A DNA stretch of 64,000 bases from the NCBI GenBank assembly GCA_964422025.1, contig CAYQYZ010000003.1, forward strand, positions 4,280-68,279, written 5' to 3'. The position numbers and the translations under genes were made by a program. The notes below the pieces were generated by a model. It was not told the DNA's origin. It made no database searches and saw nothing but the letters and a program-made list of their open reading frames with translations. Source of the DNA: an uncultured Gammaproteobacteria bacterium. Its GTDB lineage: Bacteria > Patescibacteriota > Microgenomatia > UBA1406 > HO2-37-13b. Every line of letters starts with the position of its first letter. The stretch's first letter is position 1. Shown piece after piece: positions 53,741 to 63,322 of the stretch.

Positions 53741-54175
53741 ATGGCAGATAAAAAAGTAAAGAAAGCTCCTACCAAGGCTCCTGTTAAAGCTAAAAAGGTT
53801 GAAAAAGCTTCAGAAGAAAAGGCTCCAAAAGCTGTTAAAACTGAAGTCGTAGCAGAAGCTCCTGTTGCAAAAGAAACCAAAGTTCCTGCAGGTGCAAAAA
53901 GCCCCGAATGGATTGCTGGTGCTTCTAAACAAGAACTTATTGTTGAATTTGCTACCAAAGGTGGCGACACTGGTTCTCCAGAAGTTCAAGTTGCGTTGGC
54001 TACCCATAAAATTCTTAACTTAACAATGCATTTGGAACAAAATCCAAAAGATAATCATTCACGACGAGGACTATTAAAAGTCATTTCAAAACGACGAAGA
54101 ATTTTGAACTACTTAAACGAAAAAGACAATGATCGCTACAAAGCGCTCATTAAAAAGGTAAACTTATCTAAGTAA
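53741..54175 (+). CDS. rpsO: 30S ribosomal protein S15 with about 55-aa Lys/Ala/Pro-rich N-terminal extension
   Basis: The C-terminal 89 aa are canonical S15 ([23 protein letters not shown]...HSRRGLL). The N-terminus is [22 protein letters not shown]... Confidence 0.9.
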   Translation: MADKKVKKAPTKAPVKAKKVEKASEEKAPKAVKTEVVAEAPVAKETKVPAGAKSPEWIAGASKQELIVEFATKGGDTGSPEVQVALATHKILNLTMHLEQNPKDNHSRRGLLKVISKRRRILNYLNEKDNDRYKALIKKVNLSK

Positions 54176-54214
54176 TTAGGCACATTTATAATTTATTGTT
54201 GATTTAGCGGAGCG

Positions 54215-54272
54215 TGGATGTTGAAATTCGGAATTAATGCCAGATGGTATTAGCTTCAAATCTCAATATCCA
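54215..54272 (+). promoter_or_regulatory. long imperfect hairpin in the rpsO-pnp spacer
   Basis: TGGATGTTGAAATT (54215-54228) pairs with AAATCTCAATATCCA (54258-54272) when G-U pairs are allowed. Confidence 0.4.
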
Positions 54273-54314
54273 AACCACTTCTGCTTGTACTCGACAGTGC
54301 TTTCTTAACATATT

Positions 54315-56426
54315 ATGAACATGATTGAAGAATCAATCGTCATCGACGATAAAAAACTTACGTTACAATTCGGAAAACTTGCTCAAGCGGTAGACTCATC
54401 GGTTTACGCAACTCTTGGCGATACTGCAGTGTTAGTAACTGTTGCCGTTGGAGCTGAAAATCCAAGCATCGATTACTTCCCACTTTCAGTAGAATACGCA
54501 GAAAAACTGTATGCAGGTGGCGTTATTAAAGGATCACGATGGGTAAAACGCGAAGGACGACCTTCCGACGAAGCTGTTTTGACGGGCCGATTAATCGATC
54601 GTTCAATTCGACCGTTGTTTCCAAAAAACTACAAAAACCAAGTGCAGGTCGTTATTACCTTGCTCTCGATTGATGGAGTAAATTCCCCAGAAATTTTATC
54701 GGCAATTGCAGTTTCTGCAGCTTTGCATGTTTCAAGTATTCCATGGGCTGGTCCAATTAGCACAATGCGAGTTGGATATGTACAATCAGCTACGCAAGGC
54801 ACCGATGCAGGATTAATTTTGAATCCTACGGATCTTGAACAAGAGCATTCTAGTTTGAATTTAGTAGTGTCATCAACGGGCGATAAAGTACTTATGATTG
54901 AAACAGACGCCAAAATGGTTTCTGAAGATATTATTAAGCAGGGAATCGAGATGGCAAAGGCCGAAAACAAAAAAATTATCGATTTTATTGGTGGATTAAC
55001 CGCTAAAGTTGGAAAAGAAAAGCAAGTTGCTAAAGAAGCTCCAACATATGATGAAGTTATTGCCCTCATTAAGAGCGACTATGTAGACGTTCTTGATAAA
55101 GCAATCAAGAGTGCGGCGGTCACCGCTGGTTCTGACAGCGAACTCCTAAACGAAGTTGTTGAAGATATTTATGGCAAGTTAGAAGAAAAATACGATAAAA
55201 AGCAGATTCTTTCAGCCGTAACGTATTATAACTACGCAAACATTAAAGAAAATATCTTGACGAACAAAAGACGTCCTGATGGCCGCGGCCTTGATGAAGT
55301 TCGACCAATCGTTGTTGAAACCTCTTTGCTGCCACGAACGCATGGTTCTGCGCTATTCCAACGAGGTCAAACACAAGTATTATCAACAGTAACGCTTGGT
55401 TCCTCAACTCTTGAGCAAACCATTGAAGGTCCAGATGGCATGGAAACCAAACGATACATGCATCATTATTCTGATGGTCCATATTCATATGGAACTGTTG
55501 GTCGTATGATGAGTCCAAGTCGCCGAGCAATTGGACACGGTGCACTGGCTGAAAAAGCATTAGAACCGGTGTTGCCAAGTGTTGATGAATTTCCCTATGC
55601 CATGCGTGTTGTTTCTGAAATTTTGGCAGAAAACGGCTCATCGTCAATGGGGTCCGTATGTGGATCATCGCTTGCTCTTATGGATGCTGGTGTAAAGATT
55701 ACAGAAGCAGTTGCCGGTGTTGCTATGGGAATCGTAAGCAGATCAGACGACGATTATGCTATTTTGACCGACATTGTTGGTTTGGAAGATTTCTCAGGCG
55801 AAATGGATTTCAAAATTGCCGGAACAAAAACGGGAATTACTGCTATTCAGCTTGACGTTAAGAATAAAGGGTTAACCGAAAAAATGATCGAGCAGATTTT
55901 TGAACAAGGTAAAAAAGCTCGACTTCATATTCTTGAAAAAATGGAGAGTGTAATTAGCGCTCCAAAAGCTGATGTTTCACCATTTGCTCCAAAAGTAGTC
56001 GTCTTGACTCCTCCGGAAGACAAGATTGGCGAAATCATTGGACCAGGTGGAAAGAATATTAAACGTGTTATTGCTCAAACCCAAACTGAAATTAACATTA
56101 CCGACGACGGTAAAGTAAGCATTTCAGGTGTAGACCGAAAAATGGTCGATATGGCAGCAGAACTCGTTCAAAATGTGTATCGCCAAGTACAACCGGGCGA
56201 AGAATTTGATGGCGAAGTGAAACGCATTTTACAATTCGGAGCATTCGTTGAATTCCTACCAGGCAAAGAGGGTTTGGTACATGTTTCCAAAATGGGTCGA
56301 GGATTTGTGAAAGATCCGCATGATGTTGTGCAAATTGGCGACAAAGTACGGGTTAAGGTTGAACAAATCGACCAAATGGGACGCGTGAACTTGATCATGC
56401 TTCCAACAGAAGCTCAAACGCAATAA
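54315..56426 (+). CDS. pnp: polyribonucleotide nucleotidyltransferase (PNPase)
   Basis: 703 aa with two RNase PH domains, a KH domain (IGPGGKNIK) and an S1 domain. Confidence 0.95.
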   Translation: MNMIEESIVIDDKKLTLQFGKLAQAVDSSVYATLGDTAVLVTVAVGAENPSIDYFPLSVEYAEKLYAGGVIKGSRWVKREGRPSDEAVLTGRLIDRSIRPLFPKNYKNQVQVVITLLSIDGVNSPEILSAIAVSAALHVSSIPWAGPISTMRVGYVQSATQGTDAGLILNPTDLEQEHSSLNLVVSSTGDKVLMIETDAKMVSEDIIKQGIEMAKAENKKIIDFIGGLTAKVGKEKQVAKEAPTYDEVIALIKSDYVDVLDKAIKSAAVTAGSDSELLNEVVEDIYGKLEEKYDKKQILSAVTYYNYANIKENILTNKRRPDGRGLDEVRPIVVETSLLPRTHGSALFQRGQTQVLSTVTLGSSTLEQTIEGPDGMETKRYMHHYSDGPYSYGTVGRMMSPSRRAIGHGALAEKALEPVLPSVDEFPYAMRVVSEILAENGSSSMGSVCGSSLALMDAGVKITEAVAGVAMGIVSRSDDDYAILTDIVGLEDFSGEMDFKIAGTKTGITAIQLDVKNKGLTEKMIEQIFEQGKKARLHILEKMESVISAPKADVSPFAPKVVVLTPPEDKIGEIIGPGGKNIKRVIAQTQTEINITDDGKVSISGVDRKMVDMAAELVQNVYRQVQPGEEFDGEVKRILQFGAFVEFLPGKEGLVHVSKMGRGFVKDPHDVVQIGDKVRVKVEQIDQMGRVNLIMLPTEAQTQ

Positions 56427-56469
56427 GAATCGCTTTGACATGCGAGCCGTATATAGCGTACAATGATAT

Positions 56470-58584
56470 TTGTATATGGCTCGAACGAAGAAATTCTTTA
56501 AAATCCGATTGCCTTTTTTAAAGCTCAAAATTAATCAGCGAACGTTTTTTACGATCCTTGGACTGATTACCGTAGGAGCGTCATTACTCCTGTTCCTCTC
56601 GTTTCTACAGCAGGGAAGTGTGCTTATCGAGCTAAATAATCGCTTAGTTACCGGATTTGGCTTTGTGGCACTGTTTGTACCTGTGATTATATTGCTTTTT
56701 GGTTCCCACTTCTTTAATTCAAAGAAGCTAAAGATTGTAAAATTCAATCTTTCGATCGGACTTTTTTTGCTTTTTATCGCAGTGCTCGGACTTCTTCGAT
56801 CAGGGGAATTTGGAAAACTTGTTTTTAATAATCTCGTTCAAGACTTTTCTATGTTTGGTGCGCTTATCATCCTACTTACAACGTTTATTGTAGGACTTAT
56901 CATCTTTTTAAACACCTCCATCGACTCGCTACTCGCATTTGTTGCGGGTATGCTAAAAAATACCTTTTCAGGAGTTGGCGATGTGGCCGGATCATTCTCT
57001 AAACGCAGCACTGATTCTCGTAATGATAATCAGGAATATATTCAAGATAAGAAAAAGCTTCCTACTGTTATTCCAACTCACGCAACTACGACTATTCCGA
57101 ATGATCTTTCAATGCGCCCACTCTCTAAGTCCCAAACACCGTGGGTGTTTCCACCACTTGCGCTGCTTTCAGATGTTACTCAAACCGAAGCTGATCGGGG
57201 AGACGTAAAGAAAAATTCGGAAATTATTGAACAAACACTTGATAGTTTTGGAATTCGTGCGCGAGTTGTAGAAGTAAACAAAGGTCCAACGGTAACGCAA
57301 TATGCGCTTGAAATTGTAATGGGAACGAAGCTGTCAAAAATCATGGCTCTTTCAAACGATTTAGCACTTGCTATTGCGGCAACGACGGGGCAAGTTCGTA
57401 TTGAAGCGCCCATTCCTGGACGATCCTTAGTAGGTATAGAAATCCCAAATAAAAAAGGTGAAATAGTGTCTCTCAAACGCATGCTTTCAGTAGATGTAAT
57501 GACAAAAAACCCAAATCCGCTACTGGTTCCACTTGGTCTTGATGTTTCCGGAATTCCTCAAGTTGCCGACGTTGGGAAAATGCCTCATGTACTAATTGCT
57601 GGAACCACGGGAGCTGGAAAATCAGTTATTTTAAATGCATGGATTTGTGCGTTCTTATTCCGAACGAAGCCAGAAGACTTGCGACTTATTTTAGTCGATC
57701 CAAAACGAGTGGAACTTGGCCTGTACAACGGAATTCCACATTTAATGACTGAAGTTATTGTGGAACCTGAAAAAATCATTTCTGCGCTTAAATGGACCGT
57801 AGCAGAAATGGAAAACCGCTACAAAAAATTCGCAACTGTTGGGGCTCGAAATATTGAAGGGTATAATGCGCTACCTGATATTGAGAAATATCCCTACATC
57901 GTGTTCATTATCGATGAACTTGCAGACCTTATGATGTTTGCTGCGCGTGATGCTGAGGAACTGATTACTCGTATTGCTCAAATGGCCCGAGCCACAGGAA
58001 TTCACTTGATTTTGGCAACGCAGCGACCATCGGTCGATGTTATTACGGGTCTTATGAAAGCTAACATTCCTTCGCGAATTGCGTTTAATGTGGCTAGTAT
58101 GATCGATTCCCGAGTTGTGCTAGATACTCCGGGTGCAGAAAAGCTTCTTGGAAAAGGCGACATGTTATTTTTACCGCCTGACCAAGCAAAGCCACGCAGA
58201 ATTCAAAGTCCATTTTTGTCAGAAAAAGATGCGGCCGCTGTAGTAGCGTTCATAAAGAAAAATGCGCCAGCTGTTCATTACACTGAAGAGGTAATAAGTC
58301 AAGATACAGCCGTACGTGGGCAAGGAGGGCGCATGATTGGTGGGGGTAGTGAAGGGAAGGATTTACTTTTTGGGCAGGCTGTTGAGGTCGTGAGCTCGTT
58401 TGGGAAGGCATCATCATCGCTATTGCAACGGAAACTCTCAATTGGCTATGCCCGTGCAGCAAAACTGTTAGACCAGCTTGAAGAGGCAGGATTTGTGAGT
58501 GCTGCTGAAGGTTCAAAACCTCGTGAAGTACTTCGCCGACAAAGTGCAATGGATGGTGGAGTTGAACCCGATGCGGTAAATTAA
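56470..58584 (+). CDS. ftsK: DNA translocase FtsK/SpoIIIE
   Basis: N-terminal TM helices, Walker A GTTGAGKS, a Walker B-type IVFIIDELADLM, and a C-terminal gamma wHTH domain. The start may be ATG 56476. Confidence 0.93.
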   Translation: MYMARTKKFFKIRLPFLKLKINQRTFFTILGLITVGASLLLFLSFLQQGSVLIELNNRLVTGFGFVALFVPVIILLFGSHFFNSKKLKIVKFNLSIGLFLLFIAVLGLLRSGEFGKLVFNNLVQDFSMFGALIILLTTFIVGLIIFLNTSIDSLLAFVAGMLKNTFSGVGDVAGSFSKRSTDSRNDNQEYIQDKKKLPTVIPTHATTTIPNDLSMRPLSKSQTPWVFPPLALLSDVTQTEADRGDVKKNSEIIEQTLDSFGIRARVVEVNKGPTVTQYALEIVMGTKLSKIMALSNDLALAIAATTGQVRIEAPIPGRSLVGIEIPNKKGEIVSLKRMLSVDVMTKNPNPLLVPLGLDVSGIPQVADVGKMPHVLIAGTTGAGKSVILNAWICAFLFRTKPEDLRLILVDPKRVELGLYNGIPHLMTEVIVEPEKIISALKWTVAEMENRYKKFATVGARNIEGYNALPDIEKYPYIVFIIDELADLMMFAARDAEELITRIAQMARATGIHLILATQRPSVDVITGLMKANIPSRIAFNVASMIDSRVVLDTPGAEKLLGKGDMLFLPPDQAKPRRIQSPFLSEKDAAAVVAFIKKNAPAVHYTEEVISQDTAVRGQGGRMIGGGSEGKDLLFGQAVEVVSSFGKASSSLLQRKLSIGYARAAKLLDQLEEAGFVSAAEGSKPREVLRRQSAMDGGVEPDAVN

Positions 58585-59552
58585 TTCAAATACTTTTCTA
58601 TATTACTATTGTGTTCTTCAAGTGTTCGTCCGTAATGCATTGTTGTTCCATCACGTGATGATATGTAGAACCAATAGGGAGTATTAGGATCCGCTTGCAA
58701 AACTGCGTTTATCGAGTCAAGTCCGGGGTTACAAATTGCCGTAGGAGGAAGACCGACTTTCTTATACGTGTTGTATGGAGAAGTTGTGCTTAGATCGTCG
58801 TGATTAACAGCTTTTTTCCACCAAGTCTTTTTGATTGGATCGTATCCGAGCGCATATTGAATAGTAGCATCCAAATCGAGTGACCACCCTTTTTTATAGC
58901 GTTTTACGATAATTGAGGCTACTTTTACTTTATTCTCAAAGCTTCGTGCCTCTTTCTCTACTAAGGATGCGAGAATGATAACTTCTTCATCGGAAAGCCC
59001 TTTTTGAGCAGCAATACTTTGCATGTCGGGCGTGTATTTTTTATCAAAATTTGATTGTAGAATTGCAAGCACATTCTCTGAAGAAGATCCTTTAGGAATT
59101 AAATACGTGTCAGGAAATAAGTATCCTTCACGACCAAGTTGAATGAATTCTTCGGCATCAATACCAAGCTTTTCACTTAGAATCTGGGCAATTTCCTCTT
59201 TTCGCAATCCTTCAATAATGGTAACCCACTGATCAAGCGTGCCTTTTGTAAGTGTCATGGCTATTTCAGGTGCGCTCATGGACCGACTTAGTCTAAAATC
59301 GCCTGCTTGGATTTTGTTCTCAAGGCCATTGAGTTTTACCACAAAATAAAAAACCAGTTTACTTCGAATAAAATCTTCTTTATCTAAATCATCAGCAATT
59401 CGATTTACACCTGATCCGGGTTCAATTATGAATATCTTGGAAGTATCGTCAGCTTTATCTACTGGCAAACTACCCTCTTTATAAACTAAAAAGGATGAGA
59501 ATCCAACTATGAGCAAAACAAGAAGCAAAATATATCGTTTTTTGAATTTCAT
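58581..59552 (-). CDS. mltG: endolytic murein transglycosylase MltG (YceG-like)
   Basis: N-terminal TM helix, LASLVEKEA, and a YNTYKKVGLPPTAICNPG motif. Confidence 0.85.
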   Translation of the reverse strand: MKFKKRYILLLVLLIVGFSSFLVYKEGSLPVDKADDTSKIFIIEPGSGVNRIADDLDKEDFIRSKLVFYFVVKLNGLENKIQAGDFRLSRSMSAPEIAMTLTKGTLDQWVTIIEGLRKEEIAQILSEKLGIDAEEFIQLGREGYLFPDTYLIPKGSSSENVLAILQSNFDKKYTPDMQSIAAQKGLSDEEVIILASLVEKEARSFENKVKVASIIVKRYKKGWSLDLDATIQYALGYDPIKKTWWKKAVNHDDLSTTSPYNTYKKVGLPPTAICNPGLDSINAVLQADPNTPYWFYISSRDGTTMHYGRTLEEHNSNIEKYLN

Positions 59553-59558
59553 ATATTC

Positions 59559-60848
59559 TTACTCTATAGTATACACTGGAATGTGTTTATATGTATCCAG
59601 TGCCTCTTTTAGTCGATATTTATCAGTTGAATGGAATTCCAGCATGGGTTCATTTTTGTCGATCATTTCATCGCGGCGTTTTAGTAAATATATACCGGCT
59701 TTCTTGTCGATTGGTGCGCCAAGCACTTTGGCAAGCGTATTTAGATTAATATTATTTACTTCTATAATTTTACCTTTTTTTGGCGATTCAATATGTGAAA
59801 CATGCGCAGCAAGACGCAATGAACGTGATGAGATATGCTCATTTCCATCTTGGGCCTTAATGATCTCCTTAAATTTTTCTAGCGCTTTTCCTGATTGTAA
59901 AATAGTACGCGCTTCTTCTTCACCTTGTTTTTTTATTTTTGCATCGGCAAAACAACTATCAAGTAATTTTCCAGCCAGTCGCAGCGCTTTTTCTTCAAGT
60001 TTTAATGGTCGTAGCGGGTCTTGTTCAAGCACTCGCAGCACATCGCGCGCTTCCAGAATCGGACCAACACCTCGACCAGATGGCTCATGCGTTTCGTTGA
60101 TGTCCACCATAATTTCGATACCAAATCGCTTTGCAAGGCGTTTGAATTTTGCTGCAATTTTTTCGGCATCTACAAAATTATGTACTTTCATAGTGGGTCC
60201 TACAGGAATATCAAGAATTAAATGATTTGCGCTAACAGCAATCTTTTTTGCCATAATCGATATTATTACCTTGTCATATGATTCAAAATTAAGAGGCTCT
60301 TCAACCTTAATAATAATGTCATCTGCCGGTGCGATTCCCATATCGCCATTCCACACAATACATCCGCCTACTTTTTCAACAATATGATGAACCTTTTCTA
60401 CAGTAAGCGTAACATCTGCAAGCGTTTCCATAGTGTCAGCCGTACCTGATGCGGAAGTAATGGCTCGTGAGGATAATTTGGGAATTTTAAATCCCGCAGC
60501 TGCAATAATTGGAACCACCAGCATTGTGGTTCGCGTTCCGGAAATTCCACCAATACAGTGTTTGTCGGCAACAATTCCCGTAAAATTAATTTTTTTCCCG
60601 GTTTCGACCATCGCCTTGGTTAAAAAATAAAGTTCCTCATCCGAAAAGCCCTCTCTGAACGAAGACGCTACAAAATATGTGGTTAAAACGTCGCTCATAT
60701 GATGATGCGAAATTTCATCCATCAAATTAAAAATCTCGGCATATGTGATTTTTTTTCCTAGCAGTTGCTTTTGAATTGTCTCAATAGCATCTCGCGTTTT
60801 TTGATCGTGATTTTGCATAAGGTTATCGTCCGTCGGTGTACATTTCAC
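59559..60848 (-). CDS. thymidine phosphorylase family protein of the AMP-phosphorylase (archaeal DeoA) type
   Basis: ADKHCIGGISGTRTTMLVVPIIAAAGFKIPKLSSRAITSASGTADTME resembles the AMP-phosphorylase pattern, not the bacterial TP pattern. An alternative start at ATG 60818 lies 4 nt after the murJ stop. Confidence 0.7.
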   Translation of the reverse strand: MKCTPTDDNLMQNHDQKTRDAIETIQKQLLGKKITYAEIFNLMDEISHHHMSDVLTTYFVASSFREGFSDEELYFLTKAMVETGKKINFTGIVADKHCIGGISGTRTTMLVVPIIAAAGFKIPKLSSRAITSASGTADTMETLADVTLTVEKVHHIVEKVGGCIVWNGDMGIAPADDIIIKVEEPLNFESYDKVIISIMAKKIAVSANHLILDIPVGPTMKVHNFVDAEKIAAKFKRLAKRFGIEIMVDINETHEPSGRGVGPILEARDVLRVLEQDPLRPLKLEEKALRLAGKLLDSCFADAKIKKQGEEEARTILQSGKALEKFKEIIKAQDGNEHISSRSLRLAAHVSHIESPKKGKIIEVNNINLNTLAKVLGAPIDKKAGIYLLKRRDEMIDKNEPMLEFHSTDKYRLKEALDTYKHIPVYTIE

Positions 60849-62451
60849 TCAACATTTTTTTAAGCGCACGCATTTTAATAAGTAGATTTCCCAAAATATA
60901 CATTTCTTCAATATTAAGAAGCCAACAAATGAAGAAGTATAAAGAAGTATAAAGCAAGCCAGTGGTTATAAGCAAGATGAACAAGTTGATCGTGCGTGAT
61001 GTATCGATGATTAGTCCATCGAGAAGTTTCATAATGGGAAATGAAATGGCGGCACATGCAAGAGCGACAAAATAGATTTTACTCGTATTAACAATAAGTT
61101 TGACCGTATCAAATCCCTTGATCTCTCGGTGGAAGGCACGTAGAAGTAAAAGAATATTAATAACAATAGTTATTGAAAATGAGAGTCCAAGAAACCAAAT
61201 AGGCAAATGAAGATATACCACAAATAAAACACTTAGTATTGTATTAATTATACTTGCGGTGAAGTTTATGATGAATGGTGTTTTAGTATTGTGAATCGCA
61301 AAAAAAGCCCGTGTTATGAAATAGAAAATTGTATGAAAAGGGAGGGTGGCTGAAAAGTAGGACAGAACGCGCGCGGTTTGTACGGTTCCTTCCCAGTCAA
61401 ATTTTTGTCCTCCAACAAATAATCGAACAAGTGGTGTTCGAGCAAAAATAAAAAAAAGTGATATGGGAATGGATAAGAAAAGTAATTGTAGAATTGACGA
61501 AACAAATATTTTGCGAATCTCATCCATTTTTTCTTCTTTAAACAAATCACTTAAATACGGCAACGAAGCCTGGCCGAATGCCAAGCCCAAAAATGAAACC
61601 GGGAAAAATTGTAGTCGTTGGGCAAAGAAATAGATAGTGACTCCCGCAGGTCCAAACAGGGTTGCGAGTGAAAGATCAATGGTGAGGTCGATTTGCGTTG
61701 TTAATACAGAAAGTAATCGTGGTGTGAAAATATGCGTAAACTCTCGAAGGACACTCTTCTTGAATGAAAGAAATGCGTATTTAAATTGAACAAAGAAAAT
61801 AACAGGAAGTTGCGTGAGAAAGAAAAGCAAACTCCCAATTACGACCCCGGCAATAGGCGCATACATTCCCAGTGAATCATGTAAAAAAATAGTTCCCAGA
61901 ATGATTCCAACGTTATATAAAACGGGAGCGAGAGCGGAAATAAAGAAAATTTTGTTAGCTTGTGCTATTCCAGAAAAAATATTCCCAATTACCATAAAGG
62001 GAAGTTGACATAATACTAATATTTGAGTGAAAATAATGACATTAGCATTCTTCTGCGCATCAAATCCTGGAGTAATGATGGGAATTATGAATGGGGCAGT
62101 GAAAATGACGACGACTATGAGTGTGAGGAGTGAAACTGCAATAAAATTAATAATTGTAGAAATATTTTCAGTAAGCTTTTCATCGTCTTGACGATATTTT
62201 GTGAAAAGAGGTATAAAAGCGCTACTTAACGCGCCGGTAATAAGCATTTCGAATACAAAATCTGGAATTCGAAAAGCGGCAAAAAAAATGCCCAATTCTT
62301 CTTTAGTATAATATGTAGCCAGTGTATGGAGCCGCACAAAGCCAAATATACTCGACAGTACTGTCATGAGTGATAAAATAATCGCGCCTGCAAGAATGTC
62401 CTTTTGTTTGTGGAAAATGATCTTTTTCGTGTTATTTAGCAGTGTGTCCAT
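60823..62451 (-). CDS. murJ: lipid II flippase MurJ
   Basis: About 14 TM segments with typical MurJ N-terminal motifs. ATG 62451 is preferred over the TTG at 62457 given the -10 element at 62467-62462. Confidence 0.85.
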   Translation of the reverse strand: MDTLLNNTKKIIFHKQKDILAGAIILSLMTVLSSIFGFVRLHTLATYYTKEELGIFFAAFRIPDFVFEMLITGALSSAFIPLFTKYRQDDEKLTENISTIINFIAVSLLTLIVVVIFTAPFIIPIITPGFDAQKNANVIIFTQILVLCQLPFMVIGNIFSGIAQANKIFFISALAPVLYNVGIILGTIFLHDSLGMYAPIAGVVIGSLLFFLTQLPVIFFVQFKYAFLSFKKSVLREFTHIFTPRLLSVLTTQIDLTIDLSLATLFGPAGVTIYFFAQRLQFFPVSFLGLAFGQASLPYLSDLFKEEKMDEIRKIFVSSILQLLFLSIPISLFFIFARTPLVRLFVGGQKFDWEGTVQTARVLSYFSATLPFHTIFYFITRAFFAIHNTKTPFIINFTASIINTILSVLFVVYLHLPIWFLGLSFSITIVINILLLLRAFHREIKGFDTVKLIVNTSKIYFVALACAAISFPIMKLLDGLIIDTSRTINLFILLITTGLLYTSLYFFICWLLNIEEMYILGNLLIKMRALKKMLSEMYTDGR

Positions 62452-62461
62452 GGTCAATTCC

Positions 62462-62494
62462 AGTATAACAGACTGTGGCTAAGTCTGTTATACT
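62462..62494. promoter_or_regulatory. perfect 13-bp inverted repeat containing back-to-back extended -10 elements (divergent murJ / rpsT promoters)
   Basis: AGTATAACAGACT-gtggcta-AGTCTGTTATACT. Each strand reads TGTTATACT pointing outward. Confidence 0.6.
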
Positions 62495-62546
62495 CAACTT
62501 GTATATTTGTTAGCAATTATTTACACTGTAAAAGGAGGTGAATCAT

Positions 62547-62807
62547 ATGCCAATTATTAAATCAGCCAAGAAAAAACTAAAACAAGATAAAAGACGAACT
62601 GCAGAAAATCTTACGTACAAGAAGCAATACAAACTTGCCGTAAAAACCGCTAAAAAGAGCGTCGCAGCAAAAGGAGCCAAAACGATGAGCTTAGTTTCAA
62701 AAGCAATTTCATTGATCGACAAAGCCGCCAAAAAAGGGGTTATGCATAAAAACAAAGCCGCTCGCTTAAAGTCCCGAGTTACGAAATCTGCTAATAAGAA
62801 AAAATGA
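62547..62807 (+). CDS. rpsT: 30S ribosomal protein S20
   Basis: Starts MPIIKSAKKKLKQDKRRTAENL. A strong SD AGGAGG (62533-62538) lies 8 nt before the ATG. Confidence 0.9.
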   Translation: MPIIKSAKKKLKQDKRRTAENLTYKKQYKLAVKTAKKSVAAKGAKTMSLVSKAISLIDKAAKKGVMHKNKAARLKSRVTKSANKKK

Positions 62808-63322
62808 GCAAGCACGTAATAAACCTCTTGCCTGAAAAAAACAAGAGTTTTACCGAGAAGATTCTATATTTTGCACTGCATTATTTGCGGTATATCGTTG
62901 TTATTACCCAAATCGTAGTTATTTCTGTTTTTTTCTTTCGGTTTACCATTGATCAGCAAATTGTCGATTTAAAAGAGCGCGTTAATCAGAAGCAGGAAAT
63001 TATAAAGCTTACTCGGCCGATTATAGTTGAAGCTGCAGAAGTTTCAGAGAAAATGGAGTATGTAAAAAAACAAATCACTACTCAAAATACATTTCAGTCG
63101 CGCCTTGATACTATTTTCACTGTTGTTCCAAAGGAGATTATATTATTTGACTTTAATGTAACTGAGAAAAATATTGCTTTTAAAGGACGGTCGACAACGG
63201 TTGAAGCAGTTAAGTATTTAAACGCGGCACTACAGAAAAAGAAAATATTTAAGTTGGTACGAATTGACACAGTAGTAAAAGGCCAAGATGGCTTTGTTTT
63301 TTCAATGGTGATTGATCTATGA
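62804..63322 (+). CDS. PilN-like type IV pilus assembly protein
   Basis: N-terminal INLLPEK motif followed by a TM helix and a coiled coil. Confidence 0.4.
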   Translation: MSKHVINLLPEKNKSFTEKILYFALHYLRYIVVITQIVVISVFFFRFTIDQQIVDLKERVNQKQEIIKLTRPIIVEAAEVSEKMEYVKKQITTQNTFQSRLDTIFTVVPKEIILFDFNVTEKNIAFKGRSTTVEAVKYLNAALQKKKIFKLVRIDTVVKGQDGFVFSMVIDL

